In this document: positions 24,873 through 37,835 of the stretch, one piece after another
Layout of the letters: each line of letters starts with the position of its first letter
How positions within the stretch are numbered: position 1 is the first letter of the stretch
Assembly (NCBI GenBank): GCA_964016885.1
Contig: OZ024746.1
Location: 16,554,001 to 16,618,000 of the forward strand
Direction of reading: 5' to 3'
DNA length: 64,000 nt
Source: Eledone cirrhosa
Lineage: Eukaryota
Notes under the pieces: generated by a model
Told to the model about the DNA's origin: nothing
Database searches by the model: none
What the model saw: only the letters and a program-made list of their open reading frames with translations
Translations under genes and position numbers: made by a program

Positions 24873-25795
24873 ATAGTACATAGAATAATGTACAAATGTC
24901 AGGAAAATGAACAGTGTATAGTCATGATATACATGTGCGTATTGAGGGGGGCTCTAAGGTATAGTAATGGCAAATTTCAGGAAGCATGGAGGTTTTAAAG
25001 GATGCAGTGTCTCAGCAGATAATAACTGATGCAGGGAGTTTGTTCCATGCTTCAGCAACTCTGAGCGTGAAAAAATGTTTCCGAAAGTCATGGGAGATGT
25101 GCTGTTTTCTGACTTTGTGTTAGACACATGGAAATCAAAAAGGTACTCAGGGTTGTTGTTGGCAAGATGGTTAATAATTTTGTGGGTGTTTACCAAGTCA
25201 GTTGCCAGACATCGGAGCTTCAATGTATCCATGCCCAGGGAAGCAAGGCGTTCAGAGTATGGTAGATGCCTGATGGAGAGTATTCGCTTGGTTGCGCCTC
25301 TCTGAACAGTTTCCAGGAGGTCAATGTTCTGAGCAAAATAGGGGTTCCAAACTTGTGGTGCAAATTCTAAGTGTGGCCGCACCATAGCTATATACAGCTT
25401 TAAATAGATAGCTGGAGAGCGGCTGACAAAGGTCTTGCTGAGTGATGCTAAGACACCCTCGGCCTTCTTGACAATTTAAGAGACATGCTTCGTCCAACGC
25501 AAATCGCTGCTGACCGTAATGCCCAGGTCACGTTCACAAGAAGACTTCTTGATATTAGTGTTATGCAGGGAGTATGTGGACGCTGGGTTTTTCTTCCCAA
25601 AATCCATGGTGGTACACTTGTCCACAGCCAGCTTCAGTTGCCAGTCCGTGAACCATTGCTGCATTGTGTCCAGGTTTGATTACAGGAAAGATCTATAGTG
25701 TTCAGGATCTGTCCTTTTTATCTCAAGGTATAGCTTGATGTCATCTGCATATTTCAGTACTGTGGCATTCTTTAAGTTGGCATCTATGTCATTAT
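24873..25795 (-). mobile_element. CR1/L2-clade LINE 3' fragment (RT C-terminus)
   Basis: KYADDIKLY motif near 25735-25755, RDLGITVSSDLRWTKHV and VRPHLEFAPQVWNPY...LETVQRGATK, frameshifted. Confidence 0.9.
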
Positions 25796-25907
25796 AAACA
25801 TACACATACATTCCCTTGAAAAAAATGTTTTGATTTTTTTTCTATTCCTTCATCTTCTCACTCTACATCTTTCTATTTTTTTTCTTTTATTTCATTCTAT
25901 CTTCTGA

Positions 25908-25948
25908 TGAAGGATTAACATTCAAATCATTAAGACTCTTTTCTTACT
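25908..25948 (+). ncRNA. Highly degenerate minimal hammerhead remnant
   Basis: AUCUU-CUGAUGA-AGGAUUAACAUUC-AAAUCAUUAAGA. Homologous with flanks to 58039-58078 and 63707-63745. GAAA box lost. Confidence 0.4.
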
Positions 25949-26574
25949 GCATCAAGCATTAAAGTAATATATATCATAATTGTACTGCATCGTTTCCCTG
26001 GATTATTTTTCCATTTAATTTTTATAAACACACACACACATAGTCCACTCTGTGAAGTGGTTTTGATAGTGACACAACAAAAAGCACCCAGTCCAACCTG
26101 CCAGTTGGTCATTTTGGTGCCATAATAAAAAGCACCCAATCCACACTGTAAATGTGATTGACTTCCAGCCATAGAAACCAATCTAGAAACAGTTAAGACA
26201 TGATCATCTGATTTGACTTGTCTCACAACAGGACAACTTATCTAACCTATGTTAGTGTGGAAAAATGGACATTAAACAGTGATGATGATAGTAAAAAATA
26301 CATGTATAGCTATACATCATTTTATGTCATAATCTATAAACATGTGTGTGTGCAGGTACAGTCATACACACACACGTGTATGTATATGTGTGTGAATATA
26401 TATATATATGTATATATGGTATCGGCGCGCACACACATACTTATGTCTACACATGAATCATATGAATGGAGAGAGCGTGAGGTGGGGAAATAATTAAAAA
26501 CTGGTTAGACAGGCTGACCTAAGGAGATTATAAAGGTTATTTGACATGAAGGGTAGGAGAAGGATGTGGAGAAA

Positions 26575-27870
26575 GAGACTGTGTGTGATAGAGAGAGAGA
26601 CTGTGATAGAGAGAGACTGCGTGATAAAGAGAGACTGTATGTGATAGAGAGAGACTGTGTGTGATAGAGACTGTGTGATAGAGAGAGACTGTGTGTGATA
26701 GAGACTGTGTGATAGAGAGGGACTGTGTGTGATAGAGAGAGACTGTGTGTGATAGAGACTGTGTGATAGAGAGGGACTGTGTGTGATAGAGAGAGACTGT
26801 GTGTGATAGAGACAGACTGTGATTGAGAGGGACTGTGTGTGATAGAGAGAGAGACTGTGATAGAGAGAGGTAGGAAGGGAGAGATTTAAGAAGGAAATGT
26901 AGAAGTTTAAGAAAACAAACCAAATCCTTGATAGAATGAAATAAAATTGATGTAAAGAGTAAATGGAGTTACATAACATTTGAACTGGTGGATATTGTAG
27001 AATATGGTAAAGTATAGGATACTAGTGGTGTGTTGTTGGGTGTAAGGTAGTAGTAGTGGTGGTAGAGGTGGTGTGTTGTTGGGTGTAAGGTAGTAGTAGT
27101 GGTGGTGGTAGAGGTGGTGTGTTGGTGGGTGTAAGGTAGTAGTGGTGGTGGTAGAGGTGGTCTGTTGGGTGTAAGGTAGTAGTGGTGGTGGTAGAGGTGG
27201 TCTGTTGGGTGTAAGGTAGTAGAGGTGGTGTGTTGTTGGGTGTAAGGTAGTAGTAGTGGTGGTGGTAGAGGTGGTGTGTTGTTGGGTGTAAGATAGTAGT
27301 GGTGGTGGTAGAGGTGGTGTGTTGGGTGTAAGGTAGTAGTGGTGGTGGTGGTAGAGGTGGTGTGTTGGGTGTAAGGTAGTAGTGGTGGTGGTGGTAGAGG
27401 TGGTGTGTTGTTGGGTGTAAGGTAGTAGTGGTGGTGGTGGTGGTATAAGTGGTGTGTTGTGGGGTGTAAGGTAGTAGCAGTGGTGGTGGTAGAGGTGGTC
27501 TGTTGGGTGTAAGGTAGTAGTGGTGGTGGTAGAGGTGGTGTGTTGTTGGGTGTAAGGTAGTAGTGGTGGTGGTGGTGGTAGAGGTGGTGTGTTGTTGGGT
27601 GTAAGGTAGTAGTGGTGGTGGTGGTGGTATAAGTGGTGTGTTGTGAGGTGTAAGGTAGTAGCAGTGGTGGTGGTAGAGGTGGTGTGTTGGGTGTAAGGTA
27701 GTAGTGGTGGTGGTGGTAGAAGTGGTGTGTTGTGGGGTGTAAGGTAGTAGTGGTGGTGGTAGAGGTGGTGTGTTGTTGGGTGTAAGGTAGTAGTGGTGGT
27801 GGTGGTATAAGTGGTGTGTTGTGGGGTGTAAGGTAGTAGTAGTGGTGGTAGTAGAGGTGGTGATGGGTAG
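26575..27870. repeat. Two compound low-complexity arrays: (GA/GT)-rich 26575-26870 and (GTG/GTA)-rich 27025-27870
   Basis: GAGACTGTGTGATAGA and GGTGTAAGGTAGTAGTGGTGGTGGTAGAGGTGGTGTGTTGTTG units. Confidence 0.95.
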
Positions 27871-28374
27871 GCATTTAGTTAGATAGAGAGATACATTGAT
27901 TGACTTAATAGATCGAAGTATAGACAGGTAGATTTTAAATAAGATTGTTTGGGTGGTGATGGGTCTAACTATAGTAGTAGTAGTGGTGGTGGTAGATGTG
28001 GTGGTGGGTCTAACTATAGTAGTAGCAGCAGCAGCAAAATAACATAGTTCTCTGTCCCAATTTCTTTTATAAAAGTTATTGATATCAAATTAGGATTGGT
28101 CAATGTTTTAATTTAGCTCTCAGGAAATATCAGTTGTAAATAATTGTTTCTACTTTTGGCACAAGGCCAGCAATTACCCAGTACATTACTGGTACTTTAT
28201 TTTATCGACCCCCTAAGGATGAAAGGCAAAGTTAACCTCGGCGGGAACTCAGATCGTAAAGGGACGTAATTCTATGCTGCAAAGCTTGGCGTACGACCCT
28301 CTACCGATACTGCCAATTCACCATTGACATCAGCTATGCCAAGTGTTTATTGTGAAATCAGTTGACAATATTCT

Positions 28375-28690
28375 GAGTTCAATTCTCAGACCGGGTGATG
28401 TGTTGTTTCCTTGAGCAAGACACTTTATTTCACATTGCTCCAGTTTACTCAGCTGTAGAAATGAGATCATTCCACTGCAAAGTGGTCTTGGAGGTGCCAC
28501 GGCAAAAAAAACACCCACCCCACACTGTAAAGTGGACGTGCAGGTGCCACGGAAAAAAAGCACCCAGCACTCACTGTAAAAATGAGGTTGGTGTAAGGAA
28601 GGGCACCCAGCTGTAGAAATCAAGCCAGAATCAGTTCCCGTCCCACCCTTGCAAGCAGGGAAAAGCGGACGTAAAATGATGATGATGATT
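28375..28690 (+). mobile_element. SINE family B, 5'-truncated
   Basis: High similarity to 21450-21792. Confidence 0.85.
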
Positions 28691-30474
28691 TTCTACAAAG
28701 ACCTTAAAAGAAGAACCTGTCAGAATCCCTTTATTGAAATATTACTAATAACAATCCTATTGTTTGCTAAAACAATGATGATGATGTGGTACCAGTACAC
28801 CTAAATGACACTGACCATTTTTCTCATAAAGTTATATCAACCAGGCAAAATAAACAGTCTATTTTGGGCAGTATCTTGTACTTTTTACAGTTGAGAAACA
28901 AAAAATAAGATAGAGATAAGAGAATATAAAAACTAAAAAATTAAATAAAATTTAAAAATTAAATAGTGAAGGCCAACAGGAGAAAAATAAGCATAAAAAG
29001 AAAGATGGAGAAAAAATGGGAAGCAATTTTTAGAACTATTGGGTAAACTAGAAATTTTCAATTTAAGCTAACGAAGTCAACAGCTTCAACATTTCTTGAT
29101 TGTGAAAATAGTTCAGTAAGTTTGGAGTGTGATGCTGGCCATGTTTATATCTTGGCTGATTGATATAGCTTAAATTCACAAAAGGGTCAGTGTCACTTTT
29201 GTGTAATGTTAGCAACAGCCACACAGATTATACCAGGTATGAGTTCAAGTCTCATGAGAGATGCTCTTCACTTTTTCCCAGTTAGGGGATTCTAAGATTA
29301 TCTTATTTGACTATTTTCATAGTTAAAAATGTGTGTTGAAGCTGTTAACTGAAAGTTAGCTTTAATTTCAAAATATATATTATATACATATTGTATATAT
29401 ATTTCTTGAAAATGTGATTTAAACATTTGTGTTTTTAATAATTCTGTGAATTTTATATATTGAAGTTATTTTTTTCACACACACTTCTATTTCCTGTTGT
29501 GCAATATATGGATGTTAAGTTTATGATATAAAGGATGTTAAATAGTTTCTAAGTTTTTTAACATAAGCATTTGATTCGATTTGTATGTTAAATAAAAACC
29601 TTTTGCATTCAAAAGATGACGCTATTGTTGTCTGCTAAAAGAAAGTATACAAAAATTCAGGAAACTTGTTGAAACTTTATGAAACCAATGAAATGGTAAA
29701 AATATCATTATGTAATGAAGTTGTGAAACAAAAACTATACTCTAAACAACACTGAAAAACATTTTAGATATCAAAATTTTAAAACATCATAAAAATATTC
29801 TCCACTTGTGGGAGTTTATAAAACTATACCATCTAAATATAATGTGCTGATTAGCAGCCTCAGCTTGCTTACATATGGAGTTTCGATTTTTGCCTATTTC
29901 TAATGGGGGAGTATGTGCAGATTATCTTATACTCAAGTTCAATATGAAATGTTGTCTGTGTATTTATTTAAACATATCTGTCTGTGTATAAAAACATTTG
30001 TTGTGTTGGTGTCACAATAAACTACACTCTCTGCAGAATACTGGAACCTAGGTGAGATATAACCCCCCCCCCCCCTTCCCTACACACACACCCACAGAAA
30101 GAAAAGCTCCCAGTTTATTAAATCAATTAGTTTCACAAAACTATTCCACCTATATTATTATACAATTATACAAGCTGGTGCCTCAGCAGCAATACTGCTG
30201 TCTAATGACTGGGACTTTTCTAACTTGGAAAATTAATAGGATTTTGCAAAAAATAAGGAAAATTTAAAAAGAATTAAATTTATTTTACTATTGATTTCTA
30301 GGCAGAAGGCCAGCACATTCAGGGGACTGGCAAAATTGATTAAATCATCCCCAGTACATGACTGGTACTTTATTTTATCAAGTCGGAAGGACGAAAGGCA
30401 AAGTTGACATTAGTGGGATTTGAACTCAAAACATAAAGAGATGTAACAAAATGCCACTAACACTACCAATTGTG

Positions 30475-30815
30475 TCAATCCACCACCCTTATTCTATCTA
30501 TTCTACCAATCCACCAACCCTATTCTACCAATCCACCACCCTTATTCTATCTATTCTACCAATCCACCAACCCTATTCTACCAATCCACCAACCCTTATT
30601 CTACCAATCCACCACCCTTATTCTATCTATTCTACCAATCCACCAACCCTTATTCTATCTATTCTACCAATCCACCAACCCTATTCTACCAATCCACCAC
30701 CCTTATTCTATCTATTCTACCAATCCACCAACCCTTATTCTACCAATCCACCACCCTTATTCTATCTATTCTACCAATCCACCAACCCTATTCTACCAAT
30801 TCACCACCCTTATTC
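30475..30815. repeat. Short-unit tandem repeat grown at the end of a SINE A copy
   Basis: CTATTCTACCAATCCACCA(A)CCC units directly continuing the SINE at 30295-30480. Confidence 0.9.
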
Positions 30816-31235
30816 TTATGTTAATATTGAAACTAATTAACAAAACAAATATTTGGAAACACTTTTCCTAGTTTATTTTGGCAGTTTTGAAGTCTTAACT
30901 GTAGAGTTTAATGGATTTTGTGTTATACCTCAATATGTTCTAACATTCATTCCATTTAATTCAGCTTTACCCCTTTTGATACCAATCCACCCAAACTGCT
31001 CTTGTTTCTATTGAATAAAACCACCCTTTTGGTACCAACCCACACAAATTACCCCCATGAATAATGAAATAATTAATAATTCTAATAAATCCTTCCAAAT
31101 TCTTCTTTAATTAACTAAAATGCAGTGTATTGCTTTTTTTTGCTTTTTTTCTTAGAAATATGGTCAGAAAAGGGTTAACTGTTTTGTGTTATTACTCCTT
31201 ATATTTTGTATCTTTCTGTCTGTTTTCTTTATTAG

Positions 31236-31391
31236 TTAGTCATGTCTAGTGACAAACTTGGTACCATACATGAACCACTCTGTCAGCTGGACTTTGAAAG
31301 CCGTGATGGAGAGAAAAATGTTGAAACAACCCTCGAGTTGAACAGTGCAGAGTTAAAATCTTTGATAAAATCTTTGGAATCTGCAAACAAG
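31236..31391 (+). CDS. COMMD8: COMM domain-containing protein 8, exon 4
   Basis: Pyrimidine tract plus TAG acceptor, GTAAA donor, 156 nt. LVMSSDKLGTIHEPLCQLDF...ELKSLIKSLESANK resembles COMMD8 LALSSDK...LIQSLEAANK. Confidence 0.93.
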
Positions 31392-32989
31392 GTAAATGGT
31401 TTTTTGTTTGTTTACTTCATTTTTTTCATTTTTCTTTCTTTTATATTTTACCTCTATCCTGGCTGTCTAAATTTGTCTCTAGTTCTACCAGGTAAAGTTT
31501 ATCAACATTTCCAAACTCTTTTATGGTGTTCTGCATGTATCAGGTCTTTTTTTTTATGTTAGTTCAGATTTAGCTCTTTTCTCTGAATTGTTTACAGAGG
31601 TAGGGTGGTGGGTTGACAGAATTGTGTGTTGGATAAAATACATTGCAGTATTTGTGACAACCTTTAAAGTTCTGGTTTCAAATTCTGCTGAGGTCAACTT
31701 TGCCTTTCATCCTTCTGGGGGATCAATAAAATTCATTGCCAGTTATGTAATATGAGCAGTGTAATTGCCTCCCCACTCATCCCCATTCAACAAATTGCTG
31801 GCCTTGTGCCTAAATTAGAAATCGTTACTGCTACTCATCGTTACTCCTGGTGCTTCTGTAAAAACTTTGATGTGGCTATATAACATATAAAAAATATGAT
31901 GATCTAATCAGTTGAATACCTCTGTCATCACTATTTCTATCACCTCTTTCATCACCCCTGTCATCACTATTTCCAATACCTCTGTTATCACTATTTCCAA
32001 CACCTCTGTTATCACTATTTTTCCATTATAAGCAAGGGTTCTAGTCGTTTTCTTTATCTATGTTATCTATGATCAGTCTCATAAATATCTCACATAATAT
32101 CAAAGCTATGAGATTTTGATATTATTTATTTTGAGAACAATACCTTAACATCAGTATGAGTGGCTAGTTACAATCAGTTTGAACAGAAAGAGGTGAGAGA
32201 ATTCTGGCCGGATATGACCGGTATAAATGCTATGGGTTTAAGAACATTTATACATTTATTGTCATCATTTTTGTAAACCCAAATAACATTTTTGAGATTT
32301 TATTGCTAATCCAAGAAGACATTTTTATAGTTAACACCATTAACTTAAATACTTTCAGTATTTCTAACTGGAATTTTGGCATTAAATTCTTTAAATTCAC
32401 TGGTAAATCATAAATTTTGGTGTTGAGGTAACATTTCACTAAACAACTTTTATCACCTCTGTCAAAATAGTTTACTATTTACAAACATGGATGTCTCACT
32501 CTCTCCCCCCTCTCTCTATCTCTCTTCCCCCTCCTCTCTCTCTCTTGCTCTCTCTTTCCTCCTTCCCTCTCTCTCTCACACACACACACAACTAGAATAA
32601 GAACAGGATAGTAAAGATTCTGTGATCTACTACCTCTGTTGACAGCAAAAGTTTTCTCTCTAGAAAGGAAAGGTCAGCTGTATGATACTTGTGCACTCAC
32701 ACTCACATATATATATATATATATACACTCATGCACACACATATGCATACATTGATGCACACATACACACATGCACACACCTACACACACACATCAACAC
32801 TCACACACCCAGTTTATTGTTGCATGTCATGGTATTATTGACAGATACTGGTTGTAACAAGTTGATAACAATCAACAACAAACAGCTGAAATTGATATCA
32901 TTCATGTGTATGGGCCAAAATAAACATATTCAGTGTAATATATTAGTATAAGGAGCAGATGATGATGGGGCTGTTTCTCATATATATAC

Positions 32990-33316
32990 ACATGGCTTAG
33001 TGGTTAGAGCATTGGCCTTGCAATCGAAAGGTTGTGAGTTCAATTCTAAGACCGAGTGATGTGTTGTTTCCTTGAGCAAGACATTTTATTTCACATTGCT
33101 CCAGTTTACTCAGCTATAGAAATGAGATGATAGGGACTGGAGTCCCTATCATTCCACTGCAAAGTGGTCGTGGAGGTGCCACGGCAAAAAAGCACCCAGC
33201 ACTCACTGTAAATGAGGTTGGTGTTAGGAAGGGCATCCAGCTGTAGAAATCGAGCCAGAATCAGTTCCCGTCCCACCCTTGCAAGCAGGGAAAAGCGGAC
33301 GTAAAATGATGATGAT
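32990..33316 (+). mobile_element. SINE family B, full-length
   Basis: Near-identical to 21450-21792. Confidence 0.88.
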
Positions 33317-33346
33317 ACACACAGATATCAGATATTGAAGTTATAA

Positions 33347-33535
33347 TAGCTGGGGATATAGGGGCTATATGTTGGATATTGTAGTTACAGTAGCTGGGGA
33401 TATAGGGGCTATATGTTTGGTATTGTAGTTACAGTAGCTGGGGATATAGGGGCTATATGTTGGATATTGTAGTTACAGTAGCTGGGGATATAGGGGCTAT
33501 ATGTTTGGTATTGTAGTTACAGTATCTGGGGACAT
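33347..33535. repeat. 44 bp tandem repeat, about 4 copies
   Basis: TAGCTGGGGATATAGGGGCTATATGTTGGATATTGTAGTTACAG. Confidence 0.92.
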
Positions 33536-33943
33536 ATATAGGGACTACTTATATATAACCTTGGTTTAGTGTTGTTAGAAGATGCTTTATATTTCATCAA
33601 TTATGGAAAAAAAGACTTGTTTGTTTGAGGGATAAGTCAATTGTATTTTAATATCATGTAGGGAGGGATCAGGCATATACTTTAGTTTATTGCAAATTTT
33701 TACAACAAACTGTCCACCAATAAAGATACTATAATCATTTGAAATAAAAAACCCATTTTTATATATTTTCTACCAAGTCACTACAGGATGTTAAAAATTA
33801 AAGTAACCTTCATCCCCCAAGTGACCATGAGTAATTTCAACAACTTAGGAAACAAATAATACCTTTGATGCTAGGAATCATGACAATTTGAAATATTTTG
33901 AACCTATTAAAACTAAATATGTTTTCTCTTTCTTTTTTTTAAG

Positions 33944-33967
33944 ACAATGTTGCAGTATACATCATGA
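33944..33967 (+). CDS. COMMD8: COMM domain-containing protein 8, exon 5 (terminal)
   Basis: Long pyrimidine tract plus AAG acceptor, TMLQYTS* (compare vertebrate VVLQLK*). AATAAA at about 34026 and 34627. Joined CDS is 191 aa. Confidence 0.8.
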   Translation, partial: TMLQYTS

Positions 33968-34719
33968 GATTTCACTTCCACATTCCAATATCATCATCAT
34001 CATCAACATTGTCCCTGTGGACAGAAATAAACATGGTGCTGAAGCTTAATCCCAAAGTAAAAATAATTCTTTATTAATATGTGCTCTGTGGAATTATCTC
34101 CAACTGACCCTTAATACACCTGAGAAACCTTATCATCTTATTGTCAAGGTACCAGAGAAACCTCGTCATCTTACTGTCAAGGTATCAAAGTATCAAGTTG
34201 GTACACAGAAATTGACTATCATTTTTAATGGAGAGATAATTTACTGGGTTGCAGAGTGCAACTATGCAGTTAAATTTAACAAAGACACTTTCTGGATGTC
34301 TTATTTCCTAGCATGATAATATCCTTTCTAGTCTTTTTGTTCCGCAATATATATTAATTAAATCTTTTTAAATCCACAAAGTTTTCTTTCTATTGTAATA
34401 TTTTATTTTTCTTCTCTTTATTCTATGTTAATCTGAAAACCTCTTTTCTCATCTAATATAAACATTTTATGAACCTCAAAATCTTATGTGTTTTCATCGT
34501 TTCTGAGTAATGCATTTATCTCTATGTTAATGGTGTTATCTAGGTAAATGACAAGACCTGCTGTTATTGCTAATGTTGCTAGGTATACAGTCATCAGTTG
34601 CTAAGACTGGGACAGTAATAAAAGTCAATAAAAAAAAAATTAAAAAAATTTATCCCATGTTCTTTTTTTCTACATTATTGTCCTCTTCACTGATATCAAT
34701 AACGAAAGAATAGAATATA

Positions 34720-35088
34720 TGTGTATTGACTTCTGGCGTCACGCAGTAATACAGGGTACCCGACCTCCCATGGGTACATGCTGAAGCATATAAACAATAT
34801 GCCCCCCCTCCCCCACCGCAAGGTGGCCGTGGAGGTGCCACGGCAAAAAAGCACCCAGCCCACACTGTAAAGTGGACGTGTAGGCGCCACGAAAAAGCAC
34901 CCAGCACTCACTGTAAATGAGGTTGGTGTTAGGAAGGGCATCCAGCTGTAGAAATCAAGCCAGATCAGTTCCTGTATGAGCAAGGCATGGTCAGCCGACC
35001 AGACACTGCCCACAACAGGACAACCCGTCTAACCCATGCTAGCGTGGAAGAACGGACGTAAAACGGTGATGATGATGATGATGATGAT
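34720..35088 (+). mobile_element. RTE LINE 3' end (last codons, UTR and (GAT)n tail)
   Basis: DFWRHAVIQGTRP aligns with DLWRYAVIQKTRL at the end of the 41055 ORF. The UTR closely matches the SINE B tail. Confidence 0.75.
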
Positions 35089-36437
35089 ATATATAAAAAT
35101 TAGAATTGCTGAGATCAAAGTAAGTGAACTTGTCACTACTTTAAAACAATAGCTTACGGTCTTCAAAATGCTTTTAATTAAGCATAAAGTGTATTGCAAA
35201 ATACATTATATATACATCCATATATATATATATATACACGCACACATACACACAAATTCAGTGAATAATATTTCCAAGCCGAACTAAAGTGCAAATTTCC
35301 TCAGTCTTCCGTTGTTTTTATTGTATTATTAGTATTATCTATAATTTATGTTAAGTGATCAATATATGATTGTTCCCATGACATTCGAGTCATATTGAGA
35401 TGTTTCCTTTTGTATTTGTTTGTTAGTTGTTTTACTGTTTAGTGGGGGGGGGGGAGCAATATCATCATTGTTTATTTTTCAGTTCTCCTCAGCAAGAAGG
35501 AAGGAAATAAGGAAGGTATACCAAGCTAACCGATACCAGCCATGGTTTTATAATATGCTTATTGTAAAATAACTATCATCATCATTTTTACTTCTGTTTA
35601 TTCATGCTGGCATGGAATGTTTTCATCATCATCATCATCATCGCCGATTTACGTCCGTTCTTCCATGCTAGCATGGGTTATAACCAGATATTCTCCCTAA
35701 TGTCAACCCTTTTAGTTACTTCTTACAACACACAGGCATACATGTGTACCTATTCTAAAAAACTTTCCATCATAATTCTATGTAAGAAAAGTATGTATGT
35801 TTTGAAACAGCGAGGGAATTTGAAATTAGAAATAGAAGCTTTTGCTGTATTTTTGACTAAAGACAATTTAACCTGATAGTGGGGTTTAGAACCCTCTAGA
35901 AAATGGAAAAAGATGAGTATTGACGTATATCTTTTTCCATTTCTTAGAAGGTTCTAAGAACCTTTTCTAAGTTATGCTCCAAACACTAGCGTAATAATAA
36001 GAAACTTAGTTATATTACTAAATCTCTCCAAATTTTAAATTATTTTCAAAAGGATTTGAAAGCTATAAGCAGTGTCTTTCATTAAAAATATGGCAATCAA
36101 AGGTTTAACCTTATAAAGCCTGGTGCTTTTAGGGGCTCTGTAAGCCAGGTATGCAGGGGTGGGGGCTCAGAAAACAACTAAGCACATGACCACAAAGCAG
36201 GCATAATAGGGTTAAATTAGGGGCCTGACAGGAATGCTTGCAACAGTGAACTCCAATAAAGGTACCCAAGGCTGACCCTTAGAAATTATTGGTACAGTCC
36301 ATCCAACAGTCTTCTATTGTGTTTCTGTCTACCCACATTCACTTATAAGACAGGGATCAACCCAATGCTGTGGTATATATATATAGAGAGAGAGGGAGAG
36401 AAAGAATAAGAATTGCAGCTTTTTGTGAAACTTTATT

Positions 36438-36525
36438 TCATATTACAATTGTTTCTATATCGATCAGTTCGAGTTTGATCAGGCGATTGGATCCTGACAC
36501 TTAATCAGCACTTCTTCAGATATGA
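36438..36525 (-). ncRNA. Type I hammerhead ribozyme with extended stem II
   Basis: UCAUAU-CUGAAGA-[57 nt, inner UCAGG/CCUGA hairpin]-GAAA-CAAUUG-UA-AUAUGA, with palindromic stem III. Confidence 0.75.
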
Positions 36526-36614
36526 GGATTTACATGGGTGGTCCCATCCAAACATATATATATATCCTAAATTCTCTCTCTCTCTATCTTTATTTATATA
36601 TATATATATATATA

Positions 36615-36770
36615 TATTTGAAAAAAAGGAAAAGAATGACTTCACTTGTAGTGGTAAATAATTTTATTTAATTTTATAATATTATATAATTAAATCAAAT
36701 TGTGAAGTCATTCTTTTCCTTTTTTTCAAATATACCTAATTGTACCAAGGATCTCACACATTTTCCAATA
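36615..36770. repeat. Small fold-back element between (AT)n tracts
   Basis: TATTTGAAAAAAAGGAAAAGAATGACTTCAC / GTGAAGTCATTCTTTTCCTTTTTTTCAAATA plus a short tail. Confidence 0.8.
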
Positions 36771-36789
36771 TATATATATATACCCTAAA

Positions 36790-36824
<35 letters not shown>

Positions 36825-36836
36825 GGAACGAGTAGG

Positions 36837-36932
36837 ACCCCAACGGCTGAGCTCAAGCCGTTTCGACGGCTAATTCTGGACTAAATGAAAATTTTTATTC
36901 TGGTATATGAATAGCCAAGCTTCTCAGGGGGT
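36837..36932 (-). ncRNA. Hammerhead-like motif, variant core, GUU triplet
   Basis: Inverted copy of 37740-37835. Confidence 0.6.
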
Positions 36933-37739
36933 AATTCCATATATGGTAAAAGTGATTGTTACAAGGATTGGTCAAAAGTTTGTTGTTGAGACACATAATT
37001 CTATCATGGCAATTTGTGGAAGGAAGGGGTAGCTGAACCTGCCAGTAGAAGGGAAAGGGAGTGGAGGAAACCCAGTCGTGCGTTGATAGTGCCAACTACA
37101 GCAAGGCAGGAGGTCAAGCAAGTATACTAGGGAGGGGGAGGAAGTCGAAACAATAAGTAAATCAATATGGAGTAAATATATAGAAGAATACCAAGAATGT
37201 TAAAAATATAAAAAAAACAATTTCTGGTTACTATTCCCTAACGACAGTCATCAAGTCTCTCACTGGTACTGCTAAACTATAGAAACGTTTACTAGGTGGG
37301 ACGGTATTGTGATGAGACCATTTTAAGAGTTAGTAGTAATCAACCGAGTATATCTTACAGTGACAGGTCAACAAGTGGGGGGAGGCCAAAATACTAAAGA
37401 AACTACCACAAAATAATAATTCAGAGTCCCGAAACTAATACGAAATAAATGTTTCTTTAACATTCTTGGTATTCTTCTATATATTTACTCCATATTGATT
37501 TACTTATTGTTTCGACTTCCTCTCCCTCCCCCTCCCTAGTATACTTGCTTGACCTCCTGCCCTGCTGTAGTTGGCACTATCAACGCATGACTGGGTTTCC
37601 TCCACTCCCTCTCCCTCTTTCTTCTACTGGCAGGTTCAGCTACCCCTTCCTTCCACAAATTGCCATGATAGATTTATGTGTCTCAACAACAAACTTTTGA
37701 CCAATCCTTGTGACAATCACTTTTACCATATATGGAATT

Positions 37740-37835
37740 ACCCCCTGAGAAGCTCGGCTATTCATATACCAGGATAAAAATTTTCATTTAGTCCAGAATT
37801 AGCCGTCGAAACGGCTTGAGCTCAGCCGTCGGGGT
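37740..37835 (+). ncRNA. Hammerhead-like motif with variant CUGAGA core, GUC triplet
   Basis: ACCCC-CUGAGA-AGCU-CGGCUA...UAGCCG-UC-GAAA-CGGCU UGAGCUC AGCCG-UC-GGGGU. Confidence 0.7.

Noticed and set aside
26494-27874. His/Pro/Thr-rich ORFs (161, 128, 301 aa)
   Set aside because: Translations of simple repeats with frame-shifting unit lengths.
36895-37777. Duplicated 66/68 aa ORFs (MALSTHDWVSS...) as a gene pair
   Set aside because: TTG starts, a by-product of the inverted repeat, no recognisable domain.
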